Shown here: piece by piece, positions 1-9,860 of the stretch
Layout: the number at the start of each line of letters is the position of its first letter
Position numbering within the stretch: position 1 is the first letter of the stretch
Assembly: GCA_020354005.1 (NCBI GenBank)
Contig: CP070637.1
Span: forward strand, 1,869,049-1,931,487
Origin: Ignavibacterium sp.
GTDB lineage: Bacteria > Bacteroidota > Ignavibacteria > Ignavibacteriales > Ignavibacteriaceae
Direction: 5' to 3'
DNA: 62,439 bases
Notes under the pieces: generated by a model
Told to the model about the DNA's origin: nothing
Databases searched by the model: none
The model's input: the letters and a program-made list of their open reading frames with translations, nothing else
Translations under genes and position numbers: made by a program

Positions 1-75
1 ATCCTTCCCGTTTTTATTTGCAATACCTTGCTTAACCTTATCGGGATTTTCTCTTATAAATTTTATATCGAGCAT
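1..75 (-). CDS. serS: seryl-tRNA synthetase, first 25 codons only (gene runs off the window start)
   Basis: The reverse complement of 1..75 reads ATG CTC GAT ATA AAA TTT ATA AGA GAA AAT CCC... This translates to MLDIKFIRENPDKVKQGIANKNGKD, the conserved SerS N-terminus. A GGAG lies 8 nt upstream (complement of 84..87). It is absent from the ORF track because it is truncated. Confidence 0.6.
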   Translation of the reverse strand, partial: MLDIKFIRENPDKVKQGIANKNGKD

Positions 76-87
76 AATTTGAACTCC

Positions 88-2541
88 TTATTTCGCAACA
101 ATATTATATATTCTGTTCTTCACATAAATTTCTTTTATAATGTTCTTCCCTTCAGTGTGTTTACGTATCTTATCATCATTGAACACCTTCTCCTTTACAG
201 ATTCCTGTTCACTGTCCAAAGGCATTTTTATTGTTGAGCGAAGCTTTCCATTGATTTGTACCGCAATGTTTACAGCTTCTTCAACTAATCCTTCCGAATC
301 CACTTTAAACCATAAAGGTTTTTCAAAGATGGAAGCAGTATTACCTAACAACTGCCAGCATTCCTCTGCAAGGTGCGGTGCAAGCGGTGCTAGCATAACA
401 GCAAATCTTTGTAAAACATATGCTTGTATTTCATTCGAGCAATCATTAAGATTTTTAATATTATTTAACAGCTCCATTAACGCAGCAATAGCAGTGTTAA
501 AACGGAAATGTTCAATCTCTTCATCTGCTTTATCCAATGTTTGATTTGTCTTTTTATAAACAAACTGTTCAGTTTCGGACAAGCTGGACAAATCATATTC
601 AGCTTTTGGTGTAACATCTTTCAAAATGTTTTCATGATTAGTAAAGATGTCATATACTTTATTTACAAATCTGTCAGTTCCTAATATTCCTTTATCGCTC
701 CAGTCACCACCCATTTCAAAAGGTCCCATAAACATCAGGTACAATCTAAAAACATCAGAGCCGTAAAGTCTTGTAAAATCTTCGGGATTAACAACATTGT
801 TTTTGGATTTTGACATCTTTGAACCTTGATTAGTTATCGTTCCCTGGTGGATCAAAGTCTGAAATGGTTCATCGCTATTAGCTAAGTTGATGTCTCTAAG
901 AAACTTGTGAATAAATCTCGCATAGAGTAAGTGCATTGTTGCGTGTTCTGCACCACCAATATACATATCAACAGGCACCCAATCATCGGCAAGCTTTTCA
1001 TCAAACATTTTTGTATTAATGTTAGGATCTAGAAAGCGTAAATAATACCAGGATGAATCCATAAACGTATCCATCGTATCGGCATCACGTTTTGCATCGC
1101 CGCCGCACTTTGGGCATTTAGCATTTATAAATTCTTTATTTGCTGTTAATGGAGATTCACCACCGGGTTTGAAATCTACATCATAAGGAAGCTCAACCGG
1201 CAGATCTTTTTCATCAACTGCTACTTCACCACAAGAAGGACAATGAATAATCGGAATCGGCGTTCCCCAGTATCTTTGGCGGGAGATGAGCCAATCTCTT
1301 AATTTGTAGTTAATTGTTTTAGTACCCAATCCTTTGTCTACAAGCCACTGTGTAATTTTTTTCTTTGCATCAACTACATTTAGTCCGTTGAGAAAATCAC
1401 TATTAATTGCCGGTCCATCACCAAGGTACGCATCACCTTCAAAATCATCCGGTGGTTGCACTGTTCTGATAATCGGAAGATTAAACTTTTCTGCGAATTC
1501 CCAATCACGTTCATCCTGTCCGGGAACTGCCATTATGGCACCCGTTCCGTATGTAAGCAGAACATAATCAGCAATCCATATCGGAATTTTTTCATCATTA
1601 ACCGGGTTTACTGCAAACGCACCAATAGGAGTACCTGTCTTTTCTCTTACAGTTGAAGACCTTTCAATCTCTGTTAGTGATTTGATTGAATCACGATAAT
1701 CCTGAACTGTTTTCTTGTACTCTTCAGTTGTGAGTTTATCAACTAAAGGATGTTCAGGTGCAAGTACAACGTATGTCGCTCCAAATAATGTGTCAGGTCG
1801 TGTCGTGAACACTTTTATTTCTTCATTGCTGTCACTGACTTTAAATATAGCATCTGCGCCATCACTCTTACCTATCCAGTTGCGCTGCATCAATTTTGTT
1901 TTTTCCGGCCAGTCAATTTTATCCAATCCTTCCAACAACTCTTCAGCATAATCGGTTATCTTAAAGAACCACTGGTAAAGATTTTTTTGGATGACAGTCG
2001 TACCGCATCTTTCGCAAGTTCCGTCTCCTTGCACTTGCTCGTTTGCCAATACAGTTTGATCTTTTGGACACCAATTAACCGGTGCTTGTTTTCTATATGC
2101 CAATCCTTTATTAAATAGCTGAATAAAAAGCCATTGATTCCATTTATAATAATTTGGATCGCAGGTCATCAGTTCAGCATCCCAGTCGTACATGCATCCA
2201 ATATTTTTTAACTGTTCACGGATATCGTTAATATTTATTATTGTACTCTCTTTAGGGTGGACTCCCGTTTCTATCGCATAATTTTCTGCGGGAAGACCAA
2301 ATGCATCATATCCCATCGGTTCGAAAGTGTTAAAACCTTTCAATTTTTTATAACGTGTCCACGAGTCCGCCGGTGCATAGTTGTACCAATGCCCAACATG
2401 CAGTTTTGCACCGGATGGGTAGATGAACATAACAAGCGAATAAAGCTTGTTTTCAACGTTTGAAAAATCAGTTTTGTGGACTTTTTTTTCATCCCAAAAT
2501 CGTTGCCATTTGGATTCTATTTCAGCGTGGGGGTATTTCAT
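88..2541 (-). CDS. leuS: leucyl-tRNA synthetase
   Basis: 817-aa ORF. The N-terminus is MKYPHAEIESKWQRFWDEKK. It has the class I HIGH-type motif (KLHVGHWYNY) and a KMSKS motif (GSKMSKSKNN), plus a CP1 editing-domain-length insertion. Confidence 0.97.
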   Translation of the reverse strand: MKYPHAEIESKWQRFWDEKKVHKTDFSNVENKLYSLVMFIYPSGAKLHVGHWYNYAPADSWTRYKKLKGFNTFEPMGYDAFGLPAENYAIETGVHPKESTIININDIREQLKNIGCMYDWDAELMTCDPNYYKWNQWLFIQLFNKGLAYRKQAPVNWCPKDQTVLANEQVQGDGTCERCGTTVIQKNLYQWFFKITDYAEELLEGLDKIDWPEKTKLMQRNWIGKSDGADAIFKVSDSNEEIKVFTTRPDTLFGATYVVLAPEHPLVDKLTTEEYKKTVQDYRDSIKSLTEIERSSTVREKTGTPIGAFAVNPVNDEKIPIWIADYVLLTYGTGAIMAVPGQDERDWEFAEKFNLPIIRTVQPPDDFEGDAYLGDGPAINSDFLNGLNVVDAKKKITQWLVDKGLGTKTINYKLRDWLISRQRYWGTPIPIIHCPSCGEVAVDEKDLPVELPYDVDFKPGGESPLTANKEFINAKCPKCGGDAKRDADTMDTFMDSSWYYLRFLDPNINTKMFDEKLADDWVPVDMYIGGAEHATMHLLYARFIHKFLRDINLANSDEPFQTLIHQGTITNQGSKMSKSKNNVVNPEDFTRLYGSDVFRLYLMFMGPFEMGGDWSDKGILGTDRFVNKVYDIFTNHENILKDVTPKAEYDLSSLSETEQFVYKKTNQTLDKADEEIEHFRFNTAIAALMELLNNIKNLNDCSNEIQAYVLQRFAVMLAPLAPHLAEECWQLLGNTASIFEKPLWFKVDSEGLVEEAVNIAVQINGKLRSTIKMPLDSEQESVKEKVFNDDKIRKHTEGKNIIKEIYVKNRIYNIVAK

Positions 2542-2742
2542 TAACCTGCAGTAAATTTAAAATTGATTGCAAATTTAGCCAAAAGGGGAGGGAATTCAAA
2601 TCTTAGTGATTGTTATTAAATGGCTTGATAACTGTTACACCGAGCTTGTCGAGGTGTGACTTCAGAACAACTTATCAGTCTTCGACAATTCGCCGTGGCG
2701 GACAGACTAACAATTATTGGACTAATGATGATATGATATTAA

Positions 2743-3267
2743 TTAAAGTCTTGTATATTTTAACTTCCAATTAAGTTTCCAGGTTTTACCGTTGTTTTTT
2801 GATGCTTCCCAATTCCAATCGAATGAATCTTCTTTTATGTTATGGAAAATCATTCGCTGTATTATCTCATTACCCTCATACTCTATCTTTCTGGATAATA
2901 CCATCTTCTCATCTTCTTTGGAGCCGGTAAATACCATATAATTGCCTTCGGTATCAACCCAGGTTTGCTGCCAGATCTTCTTTGAATGATTATATACTGA
3001 GAAACTTTTTCCTTTAAAATCTACTCCCGGATTTCCATTAAAATTCTCTTGAATAACACAGCCATTTAGTATTGAATTAATAGTATTTGTTCCTTCGCTT
3101 TTCGTTCCATTAGCATTTTCCCATTCCACTTTCCACTCACCAATCCAAAAATCGAGCTGGTGGCATTCTTCGCATTCGCATTTTGCATCTTTATCATCTG
3201 CCGTTAAAAAAGGAAGGAATGTAAAAAGGATTACAAAAATTGTGATAAGAATTGATTTGATTTTCAT
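2743..3267 (-). CDS. secreted hypothetical protein (DUF1579-like by eye), with CECEECH just after the signal peptide
   Basis: I place the start at the internal ATG at 3267 (MKIKSILITIFVILFTFLPFLTADD, a signal peptide), preceded by GGAGAT. The tracked N-terminal extension to 3348 runs through the strong terminator hairpin of the upstream gene, so it is unlikely to be coding. Confidence 0.6.
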   Translation of the reverse strand: MKIKSILITIFVILFTFLPFLTADDKDAKCECEECHQLDFWIGEWKVEWENANGTKSEGTNTINSILNGCVIQENFNGNPGVDFKGKSFSVYNHSKKIWQQTWVDTEGNYMVFTGSKEDEKMVLSRKIEYEGNEIIQRMIFHNIKEDSFDWNWEASKNNGKTWKLNWKLKYTRL

Positions 3268-3285
3268 TGTTAATATCTCCTCATT

Positions 3286-3356
3286 AAAAAAAAAAATCCC
3301 TGCTGCAGAGCCAATATCACGGGTGGCAAATACCGGCTCTTTGAGCACAGCAGGGA
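3286..3356 (-). terminator. rho-independent terminator of the FG-GAP/ASPIC gene
   Basis: On the minus strand, tccctgctg...agagcc...ggctct...cagcaggga forms a long hairpin (3297..3305 pairs with 3348..3356; 3307..3312 pairs with 3335..3340). An 11-T run follows (complement of 3286..3296). It lies 22 nt after the stop at 3378. Confidence 0.75.
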
Positions 3357-3377
3357 ATTACCTTAACAAGTTCGGGA

Positions 3378-5726
3378 TCATTTGAGTAAGATCATCTTTT
3401 TAGAGGAGATAAACTGTCCCGCTTCTATAGTATAAATATAGACGCCGGAGGGCAATTTTTCACCCCCAAAATTTAGTTCGTAAAATCCCGGTGCTTTTTT
3501 CTCATTTACTAATAAAGCAACCTCCTTACCCAAAATATTATATACACTTATCTTTACCTCTACTTCTTTCGGAACGGCATAAGCAATCTTTGTTTCGGGA
3601 TTAAAGGGATTGGGATAATTTTGCCCAAGATTGAATTCAGTAGGTACATTGATTAATTCGTCTCCTGCTGATGTGGTTGATTCAACATTAACTAACCAGG
3701 TTCGGGATGTAATGTTAAATCCGTTTGTTATTTCTACAACAACTGTATCGGTGCGTGGTGTAGGCTTGAAGGCAGTAGCTCTGTAGTTGAATAAAGTATC
3801 CGACGATTTGAAGAATCCATCTTCTGTCCAGGTATAAGAAAGTGGGTAACCCGTTGTGTCTACAGCAGATATTGTAAAAGTGATAGTTGTTCCTAGAGTC
3901 ACCGTGGTGTCGGTAATAGCCGGGCTCTCAAAAATAATAACCGGATAGCCTGGTAGTATTTGTACATTAATATATTCTGTCTTTATCTTGCTTTCTGAAT
4001 TACCGGCAGTGTTAACTGTTAACTTTACTGAAAAATTTCCGACAGAATTATATGTCCATTCAGGATTCTGTACAGTTGCATCGATAGCCCCATCATTATC
4101 AAAATCCCATTCCCACGAAGTGACCGGGGAATTCGGATCTACAATTGAAATATCCCTAAACTTTACTGTAAATGGTGTTCCCAATCCCTCAGTTTTGTCA
4201 GCAATAAAATCTGCTCGTAAAAATCCCGCAGATATAGATTCTGTGATATTGTAGTTGCTATTTGCAGATAGATTAGTTAGAAGCTCGCTTGAACCTGACG
4301 GCCATAGCAAAATTACTGAATCAACCATTGTGGCATCTCCTAATCCAAAATGTACCTGCAATGCATTTTGGCTGTTAAAACCGTTCTGAGAATTAATTTC
4401 TCTGTACTGCCAGACTGAATTCCCATCAATAACAGCTTTTATTTTTACTTTAGCTCCTAAAGCAGATCGGTTAGATACAGTACCCACAAGATCAAAAGTT
4501 ACCCAGTTATTTCCGTTTTGTGTTTCATTCCTGAATAAACCAGCTGCATCCCCGGTTCCGGAAAAAAATATATCCAGTTTGCCATCTTTATCATAATCTC
4601 CTATAGTTGATCCACGTGTTCCACCTGATAAAGTAAATGCTGTACTAACGCTCGTAAAGGTTCCATCATCATTACGAAAATAGAGGTTACCGGACTCTGA
4701 TGTTATTATTGCATCCAGATCACCATCGTTATCTAAATCAGCCCAGGAATTTCCCAAATGAGCGCCTGAAATGGTCATTGCTGTATTTGTATTTATATAA
4801 GTACCATTTTCATTTACGTAGAATCTGTTTTGTCTACCCGAATAGTTAGTAAGAAATGCATCCAGATCACCATCATTATCATAATCGAACCAGTTCCAGG
4901 TTTGTCCATCTTGCAGATCAGTAGCAATTGGATTTGTGTTGATTCTCTCGAATGTGGCAAATCCTGTTTCGATAAACATATTTTGATACAACCTGTCAAC
5001 ATCAACCGGACCTACTGCAGGTCCTGCCCCAATAAAGAGATCTACATCACCATCCAAATCATAATCGTACCATGTTGCAATTGTATAAGCTGCTGTTGAC
5101 TGTGAGAACTCAAAATCGAAATTTTTTGTAAAGCTGCCATCAGTGTTATTAAGAAAAAAATGTGAGGGAGTTCCACCCCCACCGACGAATCCTAGTGGAT
5201 GTGTAACGAACAGATCTATATATCCATCATTATTAACATCTCCCCATGTACTTGCCCAACCGCGGTTATCTTCATCCGGACCAATGTCTCCTCTTTGTAT
5301 CTCTGTAAAAACATCATTACCATCGTTTCTATATAGGCGTGATGGATTACCGGCAATGAAGCAATCAATATCACCGTCATTATCATAGTCTCCCCAGGTA
5401 GGTCCATTGCTTTGGCCACCTAATCCAGTACCGAGGTCGGAGTCAATTGTTTCAAATCCCCCTGCACCATCACCTCTAAAAAGGAAATTCTTCGTACTGA
5501 ATAGATCAAGATTCCCATCATTATTGTAATCAATCCACGCAGTACCAGAATAGTTAGTCGCGAAGTTTGTTGTTGCAATGGGATTCGAGGGATCGGTTAC
5601 TTTTACAAAAGTCTGAGCCGATGTGTAATTGATACCAGCAACAAAGATTAAAAGAAGAAACAATACTGAGAATTTGTCAGGTTTTGGTTTTGTTAAACCG
5701 GCAAAAAGGTTGTATAACTTATACAT
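3378..5726 (-). CDS. FG-GAP/VCBS-repeat protein with ASPIC/UnbV-like and PKD domains and a T9SS C-terminal sorting domain (CRTAC1-like)
   Basis: 782 aa.
- Repeated DxDxDGxxD loops: DYNNDGNLD, DYDNDGDID, DVNNDGYID, DYDLDGDVD, DYDNDGDLD, DLDNDGDLD, DYDKDGKLD.
- UnbV-like segment: GAKVKIKAV...SQNALQVHFGLGD.
- PKD-like segment: WEWDFDNDG...NPEWTY.
- C-terminus NPFNPETKIAY...SGVYIYTIEAGQF..KKMILLK, typical of T9SS type A CTDs.
- N-terminal signal peptide. Confidence 0.85.
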   Translation of the reverse strand: MYKLYNLFAGLTKPKPDKFSVLFLLLIFVAGINYTSAQTFVKVTDPSNPIATTNFATNYSGTAWIDYNNDGNLDLFSTKNFLFRGDGAGGFETIDSDLGTGLGGQSNGPTWGDYDNDGDIDCFIAGNPSRLYRNDGNDVFTEIQRGDIGPDEDNRGWASTWGDVNNDGYIDLFVTHPLGFVGGGGTPSHFFLNNTDGSFTKNFDFEFSQSTAAYTIATWYDYDLDGDVDLFIGAGPAVGPVDVDRLYQNMFIETGFATFERINTNPIATDLQDGQTWNWFDYDNDGDLDAFLTNYSGRQNRFYVNENGTYINTNTAMTISGAHLGNSWADLDNDGDLDAIITSESGNLYFRNDDGTFTSVSTAFTLSGGTRGSTIGDYDKDGKLDIFFSGTGDAAGLFRNETQNGNNWVTFDLVGTVSNRSALGAKVKIKAVIDGNSVWQYREINSQNGFNSQNALQVHFGLGDATMVDSVILLWPSGSSELLTNLSANSNYNITESISAGFLRADFIADKTEGLGTPFTVKFRDISIVDPNSPVTSWEWDFDNDGAIDATVQNPEWTYNSVGNFSVKLTVNTAGNSESKIKTEYINVQILPGYPVIIFESPAITDTTVTLGTTITFTISAVDTTGYPLSYTWTEDGFFKSSDTLFNYRATAFKPTPRTDTVVVEITNGFNITSRTWLVNVESTTSAGDELINVPTEFNLGQNYPNPFNPETKIAYAVPKEVEVKISVYNILGKEVALLVNEKKAPGFYELNFGGEKLPSGVYIYTIEAGQFISSKKMILLK

Positions 5727-5893
5727 TTTAGCACCTTTGGATTTAAATTAAACTTATTGCTTTCAGGTTTAAGTATACTTATAAAAGTCAGTTTATGGTA
5801 TCCTCCATTATGGGGGATTTTTAAAGAGAATTAAGATTCTTGAGGTGGATAGGTTTAGGTTGGAAAAACAACGGAAATGATTTTATCAGTAAT

Positions 5894-6580
5894 TTAGATT
5901 ATTCTATCCTTAGTCGCTTTTTCTATTGCGGCTGCCTTTGTATTTACATTTAATTTTTGGTAGATGTTTTTTATGTGTGAACGGACAGTTTCCTTATTTA
6001 TGTGCAACTCATCTGCGATCATCGTATAACTTTTCCCCTTTGTCATCAGTTGTAAAACTTCCGTCTCCCTTGAAGTGAGTGGAGACAGAGTACTCTTTTG
6101 AAATGAGCCAATTACCATTCTTGCGATGCTTGTACTCATTGGTGCACCGCCAAGGCGGACTTCATCGATGGCTTCAATTAATCTTTCGGGGGAAACATTT
6201 TTGGTTAGATAGCCTGTTGCACCTGCGCATAATGCATTAAAAACTTTCTCGTCTTCATCGTGAACAGTAACAGTTAGAATATCGATGTTAGGCTTTGCTG
6301 ATTTTATTCTTTTTATTCCTTCGATACCCGATATTCCCGGTAATCCGATATCCATTAGTATTACATCGGCGTTATCGTTTGCTAAATTTTTTATTGCTTC
6401 TTCACAGGTATCATAATCAGCAATGCAAATGAATTTTTCGTTTTCGTTGATGAGCGTAACAAAGCTTTCCCGTATTAAGTTATCGTCTTCAATAATTACA
6501 ATCCTGCACAAGCCATGTTGATTCATATTTCTAAGGGAATAATTTTGTAACCGGTTAACTGTTTTAACAGCAGTATGCAT
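5894..6580 (-). CDS. two-component response regulator, NarL/FixJ (LuxR-type HTH) family
   Basis: The receiver domain reads IVIIEDD...VILMDIGLPGISG. The C-terminal LuxR HTH reads LTSRETEVLQLMTKGKSYTMIADELHINKETVRSHIKNIYQKL. The ATG lies 3 nt after the kinase stop codon. An alternative ATG at 6526 is possible. Confidence 0.9.
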   Translation of the reverse strand: MHTAVKTVNRLQNYSLRNMNQHGLCRIVIIEDDNLIRESFVTLINENEKFICIADYDTCEEAIKNLANDNADVILMDIGLPGISGIEGIKRIKSAKPNIDILTVTVHDEDEKVFNALCAGATGYLTKNVSPERLIEAIDEVRLGGAPMSTSIARMVIGSFQKSTLSPLTSRETEVLQLMTKGKSYTMIADELHINKETVRSHIKNIYQKLNVNTKAAAIEKATKDRII

Positions 6581-6583
6581 TTG

Positions 6584-9500
6584 CTAATTAAAATTTACTG
6601 ATTTCACCGGAAACTTTCCCTTAAATGAAATTTTAGTTCCTTCGCCTGGATTTGAATCTATAAAAATTGATGATGCTAATTTCTCTGCTCTATCCCGCAT
6701 ATTCTTTAGCCCATTTCCCTTACTTCGTGTGTCTTTAGCAAATCCTTTACCATTATCTGTTAACACAATCTCTATCTCATCTCCTTCAAGATGAGAATCC
6801 AATTGCACCTTTTCACTGTTTGAATGCTTTAATGAGTTATTCATACCTTCTTTGAAGATAAGAGCCAAATGACGTTTCCAATCGACGTCGAGCGTTGCAG
6901 CTTGCAGATTCTCATCCAATCCACTTACTTCAAACTTGATATCGGTTCGTCCATACAGATCATCTCCAAAATCTTTCAGACGTACCATCAACTCGTACAA
7001 TGTTTCCTGCTGGGGATCGATTGCCCAGATAAAATCTTTTGTGCCATTATATAGCTGGGTGGAATTATCTGATATTTGATTTAGTAAAGTTGTTATCTCT
7101 GAAAAGGCGTTGCCAATATTTCTTTTTATTAATTCTGTTAATAAAGAAATTCTTGTTAAACGATGACCAAGCTCATCGTGGAAATCTATTGCTGTTTTTC
7201 TTCTAACCTTTTCGGCTTCCTCTTCACGTATCTTTTCATTTTTAACAGCACGTTTTACTTGAGATTTAACCATTACTCTATGTATAATTATGGAAATTAC
7301 AATTAGTGCCGAAACAATGATCAGATAAAACCATGCTGTTTTCCAAAAGGGTGTAGCAATTAATATCGAAAGACTTGCCTGTTGCGTGCTCCATATTCCA
7401 TCACCATTAGTACCTTTAACCAATAATGAATAATTGCCCGATGGAAGGTTTTGTAGGATTATCTTATTCTCCTTTCCTAGGTCTATCCAGTTCTCTTCAT
7501 ATCCATTTAATTTATATTTGTACTTTATTCTTACGGGATTGGAATAATCGAAGGAGAGTACATTAATCTGAAGCGAATTTTGATCATAGTCTAAGTCCAA
7601 TTGTTCATTGCCTTTATCAAGATTTTGCAACTGACCATCACTTTCAATCAGATTAACCGATGATATAATCACAGGGCTGTTAAAAGTGTTAATCTTCACA
7701 TCACCGGGATTGAATACATTCAGCCCATTACTTCCCCCAAAATAAATCTTCCCGTCTGTTCCTTTTAAGTAAACACCCTGGCTATATAAGTTGCTTTGGA
7801 GTCCGTCCTCTTTTTCAAAATTTTGAAATGTGTTTTCTTTTGAATTAAATCGAGAGATGCCATTGATTGTACTGATCCAAAGGTCATTCTTTTTAACCTC
7901 AACAATTCCGCAGATAACATCATTTGGTAATCCATCCTGTTCGTAAATTGCTTTGAAGCTTTTTGATTGAGGATCGAATAAGTTTAAACCTCGTGCTGTG
8001 CCTACCCATAATTTACCATTGGAATTCTGATTGATTGAATAAACATAATTATTGCTTAAAGAATTGGGATTGTTTAATTCCTGAATATAGGAGGTGAAGC
8101 TTTTATCATCAGGATTAAACAAGTATAAACCGCCGTAAGTCCCAATCCATATTTGATCTGTATCATCTTTGTAAATTGATAGAATATAATCTGCAGCATT
8201 GCTTTTACTCTCTTCATTTATTAGTGAAAAGTGCTCAACTTCATCATCATTAATAAGAAACAGCCCGCTGCTGTAGGTGCCAATCCACAGCTTCCCTTTT
8301 GAGTCGAAGAGCAAATTTTTTATTGTCTTATTCTTTAGCTTTTCTGTGAGTGGTTTGTTTTTTACTTCAGAAACTTTGTTCTTGCTATAATTATACCTGA
8401 AAAGTTTATCACGTGATGATATCCAGAGGACATTATTTCCATCCACGGCTAGTGCATTAATTGGCATCCCCTCTAACTTGGAATTAGTAATTCTTTCAAC
8501 AATAGCATCAAATCTGTTTAATCCATTGAATGTTCCAATCCAAATACTTCCATCTTTATCTTCTGCAAGGGAAGTAATATTGTTGGCGCTCAGCGTATTT
8601 AGGTTCTCTTCGTTGTGCTGTAACAATGCAAAGTTACTTTTACGGTTTATTAATTTTGAAATTCCTGAGTTATAAGAATTGATCCAAAGCACACCTGACC
8701 TATCCTCAAAAACTTTATTGATAAAGTTACCACTGAGTGAATTTACATCATCAGAGCTTTTATAGAAGAAATACGTTTTTTCATTTTGATCATATTTTAT
8801 TAGACCATTTATTGTCCCCAGCCAAAATTTACCTAAATGATCTACCGTTATTGATTGTATTCCGATCTCCGGTAATGTTTCAATTAAATTGTATTTGTTT
8901 TTATTCTTATCAAAGGTGAGCAAACCTTTATTAGTGCCCAATACAAGTGTATTGCTTGAATTTTGATAGATTGAATTTACCCCAAATGGAGATTTTTTAC
9001 TTTCATCAGAAATACTGGTATCCTCAAATTTATCCCGAAGGTGTGAATATTTAGAAAGCCCAAACCAACCGCCTGCCCATATAGTTCCTTTGCTATCAAC
9101 TAATAATGATCTTACTGCTTTATTAGGTAAACGGCTCTCCGCGGATACAATTTCGTAATGGGTGAATTTATTTAATGTGGGATTATATTTATTGAGTCCT
9201 CCTGCTTCTGTTCCAAGCCAGATGTTGCCATCAGTATCTTCGGTTATAGCCCAAATAATGTTATCTGTGATGCCATCCTCAACTGAGGGATCATATACAA
9301 ATCTTTTAAAGCTTTTTCTGCTTGCATCCAGCATATTCAGGCCGCCGCCCCATGTTCCTATCCACAAATTACCCTTGTTGTCTTCGAATAAGGATATAAC
9401 ATCATCAAAAGAAATCGATTCGGGATTTTCGGGATCGTATGTAAAAGTTTTGTAATTAATCCCATCATATCTCACAAGGCCGTACATTGTACCAAACCAT

Positions 9501-9682
9501 ATATAGCCTTCACTATCCTGTAGCATATCGTATGTAAGATTTATCGCCACACCTTTTTCTAATGATAGCTGAGTGAATCTTGCATCATTATGGCCCTTTG
9601 ATACAGCTTGGATGAAAATTAAGGGAATAATGATCATTACCATTTTTATCAAAGGCATACTGTGTCTATTAAGAGTGTTCAT
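6584..9682 (-). CDS. sensor histidine kinase with periplasmic two-component-regulator propeller repeats, a Y_Y_Y domain, a TM helix, HisKA_3 and HATPase_c
   Basis: 1032 aa.
- Many repeats of the form G.LW.GT..GL..(Y/F).
- A Y_Y_Y-like segment: YKYKLNGYEENW.
- A TM helix: AWFYLIIVSALIVISIII.
- H-box: DFHDELGHRLT.
- C-terminal ATPase: LTDNGKGF...GNGLKNM. Confidence 0.9.
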   Translation of the reverse strand: MNTLNRHSMPLIKMVMIIIPLIFIQAVSKGHNDARFTQLSLEKGVAINLTYDMLQDSEGYIWFGTMYGLVRYDGINYKTFTYDPENPESISFDDVISLFEDNKGNLWIGTWGGGLNMLDASRKSFKRFVYDPSVEDGITDNIIWAITEDTDGNIWLGTEAGGLNKYNPTLNKFTHYEIVSAESRLPNKAVRSLLVDSKGTIWAGGWFGLSKYSHLRDKFEDTSISDESKKSPFGVNSIYQNSSNTLVLGTNKGLLTFDKNKNKYNLIETLPEIGIQSITVDHLGKFWLGTINGLIKYDQNEKTYFFYKSSDDVNSLSGNFINKVFEDRSGVLWINSYNSGISKLINRKSNFALLQHNEENLNTLSANNITSLAEDKDGSIWIGTFNGLNRFDAIVERITNSKLEGMPINALAVDGNNVLWISSRDKLFRYNYSKNKVSEVKNKPLTEKLKNKTIKNLLFDSKGKLWIGTYSSGLFLINDDEVEHFSLINEESKSNAADYILSIYKDDTDQIWIGTYGGLYLFNPDDKSFTSYIQELNNPNSLSNNYVYSINQNSNGKLWVGTARGLNLFDPQSKSFKAIYEQDGLPNDVICGIVEVKKNDLWISTINGISRFNSKENTFQNFEKEDGLQSNLYSQGVYLKGTDGKIYFGGSNGLNVFNPGDVKINTFNSPVIISSVNLIESDGQLQNLDKGNEQLDLDYDQNSLQINVLSFDYSNPVRIKYKYKLNGYEENWIDLGKENKIILQNLPSGNYSLLVKGTNGDGIWSTQQASLSILIATPFWKTAWFYLIIVSALIVISIIIHRVMVKSQVKRAVKNEKIREEEAEKVRRKTAIDFHDELGHRLTRISLLTELIKRNIGNAFSEITTLLNQISDNSTQLYNGTKDFIWAIDPQQETLYELMVRLKDFGDDLYGRTDIKFEVSGLDENLQAATLDVDWKRHLALIFKEGMNNSLKHSNSEKVQLDSHLEGDEIEIVLTDNGKGFAKDTRSKGNGLKNMRDRAEKLASSIFIDSNPGEGTKISFKGKFPVKSVNFN

Positions 9683-9860
9683 ATTAATTTTTCTATATTA
9701 TTTAAATCTTCTTAAATACATTAAAATATACTACTTACTACCTGTAAAATAAATCACACAATTTGGGGGAGTTATAAAGAAAAAGTATTCCAGACGGATA
9801 TTTCTACGGAATAATTTAAGTTTGAATACTGAATAATAAATTTATTGGGGGCATAACATT

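Noticed and set aside
140-2463. Plus-strand ORFs 140..544, 1334..1567, 1456..1656, 1715..1951 and 2257..2463, and likewise 28..237.
   Set aside because: All lie antisense within leuS (28..237 spans the leuS 3' end and the serS start). Their translations are low-complexity (Ser/Phe/Leu-rich), as expected from the reverse strand of an AT-rich gene. No family motifs were seen.
3268-3348. N-terminal 27-codon extension of the 2743..3348 ORF.
   Set aside because: It reads through the hairpin and 11-T terminator of the upstream gene. The internal ATG at 3267 is preceded by GGAGAT and begins a normal signal peptide.
3988-5419. Short ORFs on both strands inside the FG-GAP/ASPIC gene (3988..4254, 4814..5005, 4830..5099, 5143..5388, 5216..5419).
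   Set aside because: They are nested in or antisense to a long gene that has clear repeat, PKD and CTD motifs. They have no features of their own.
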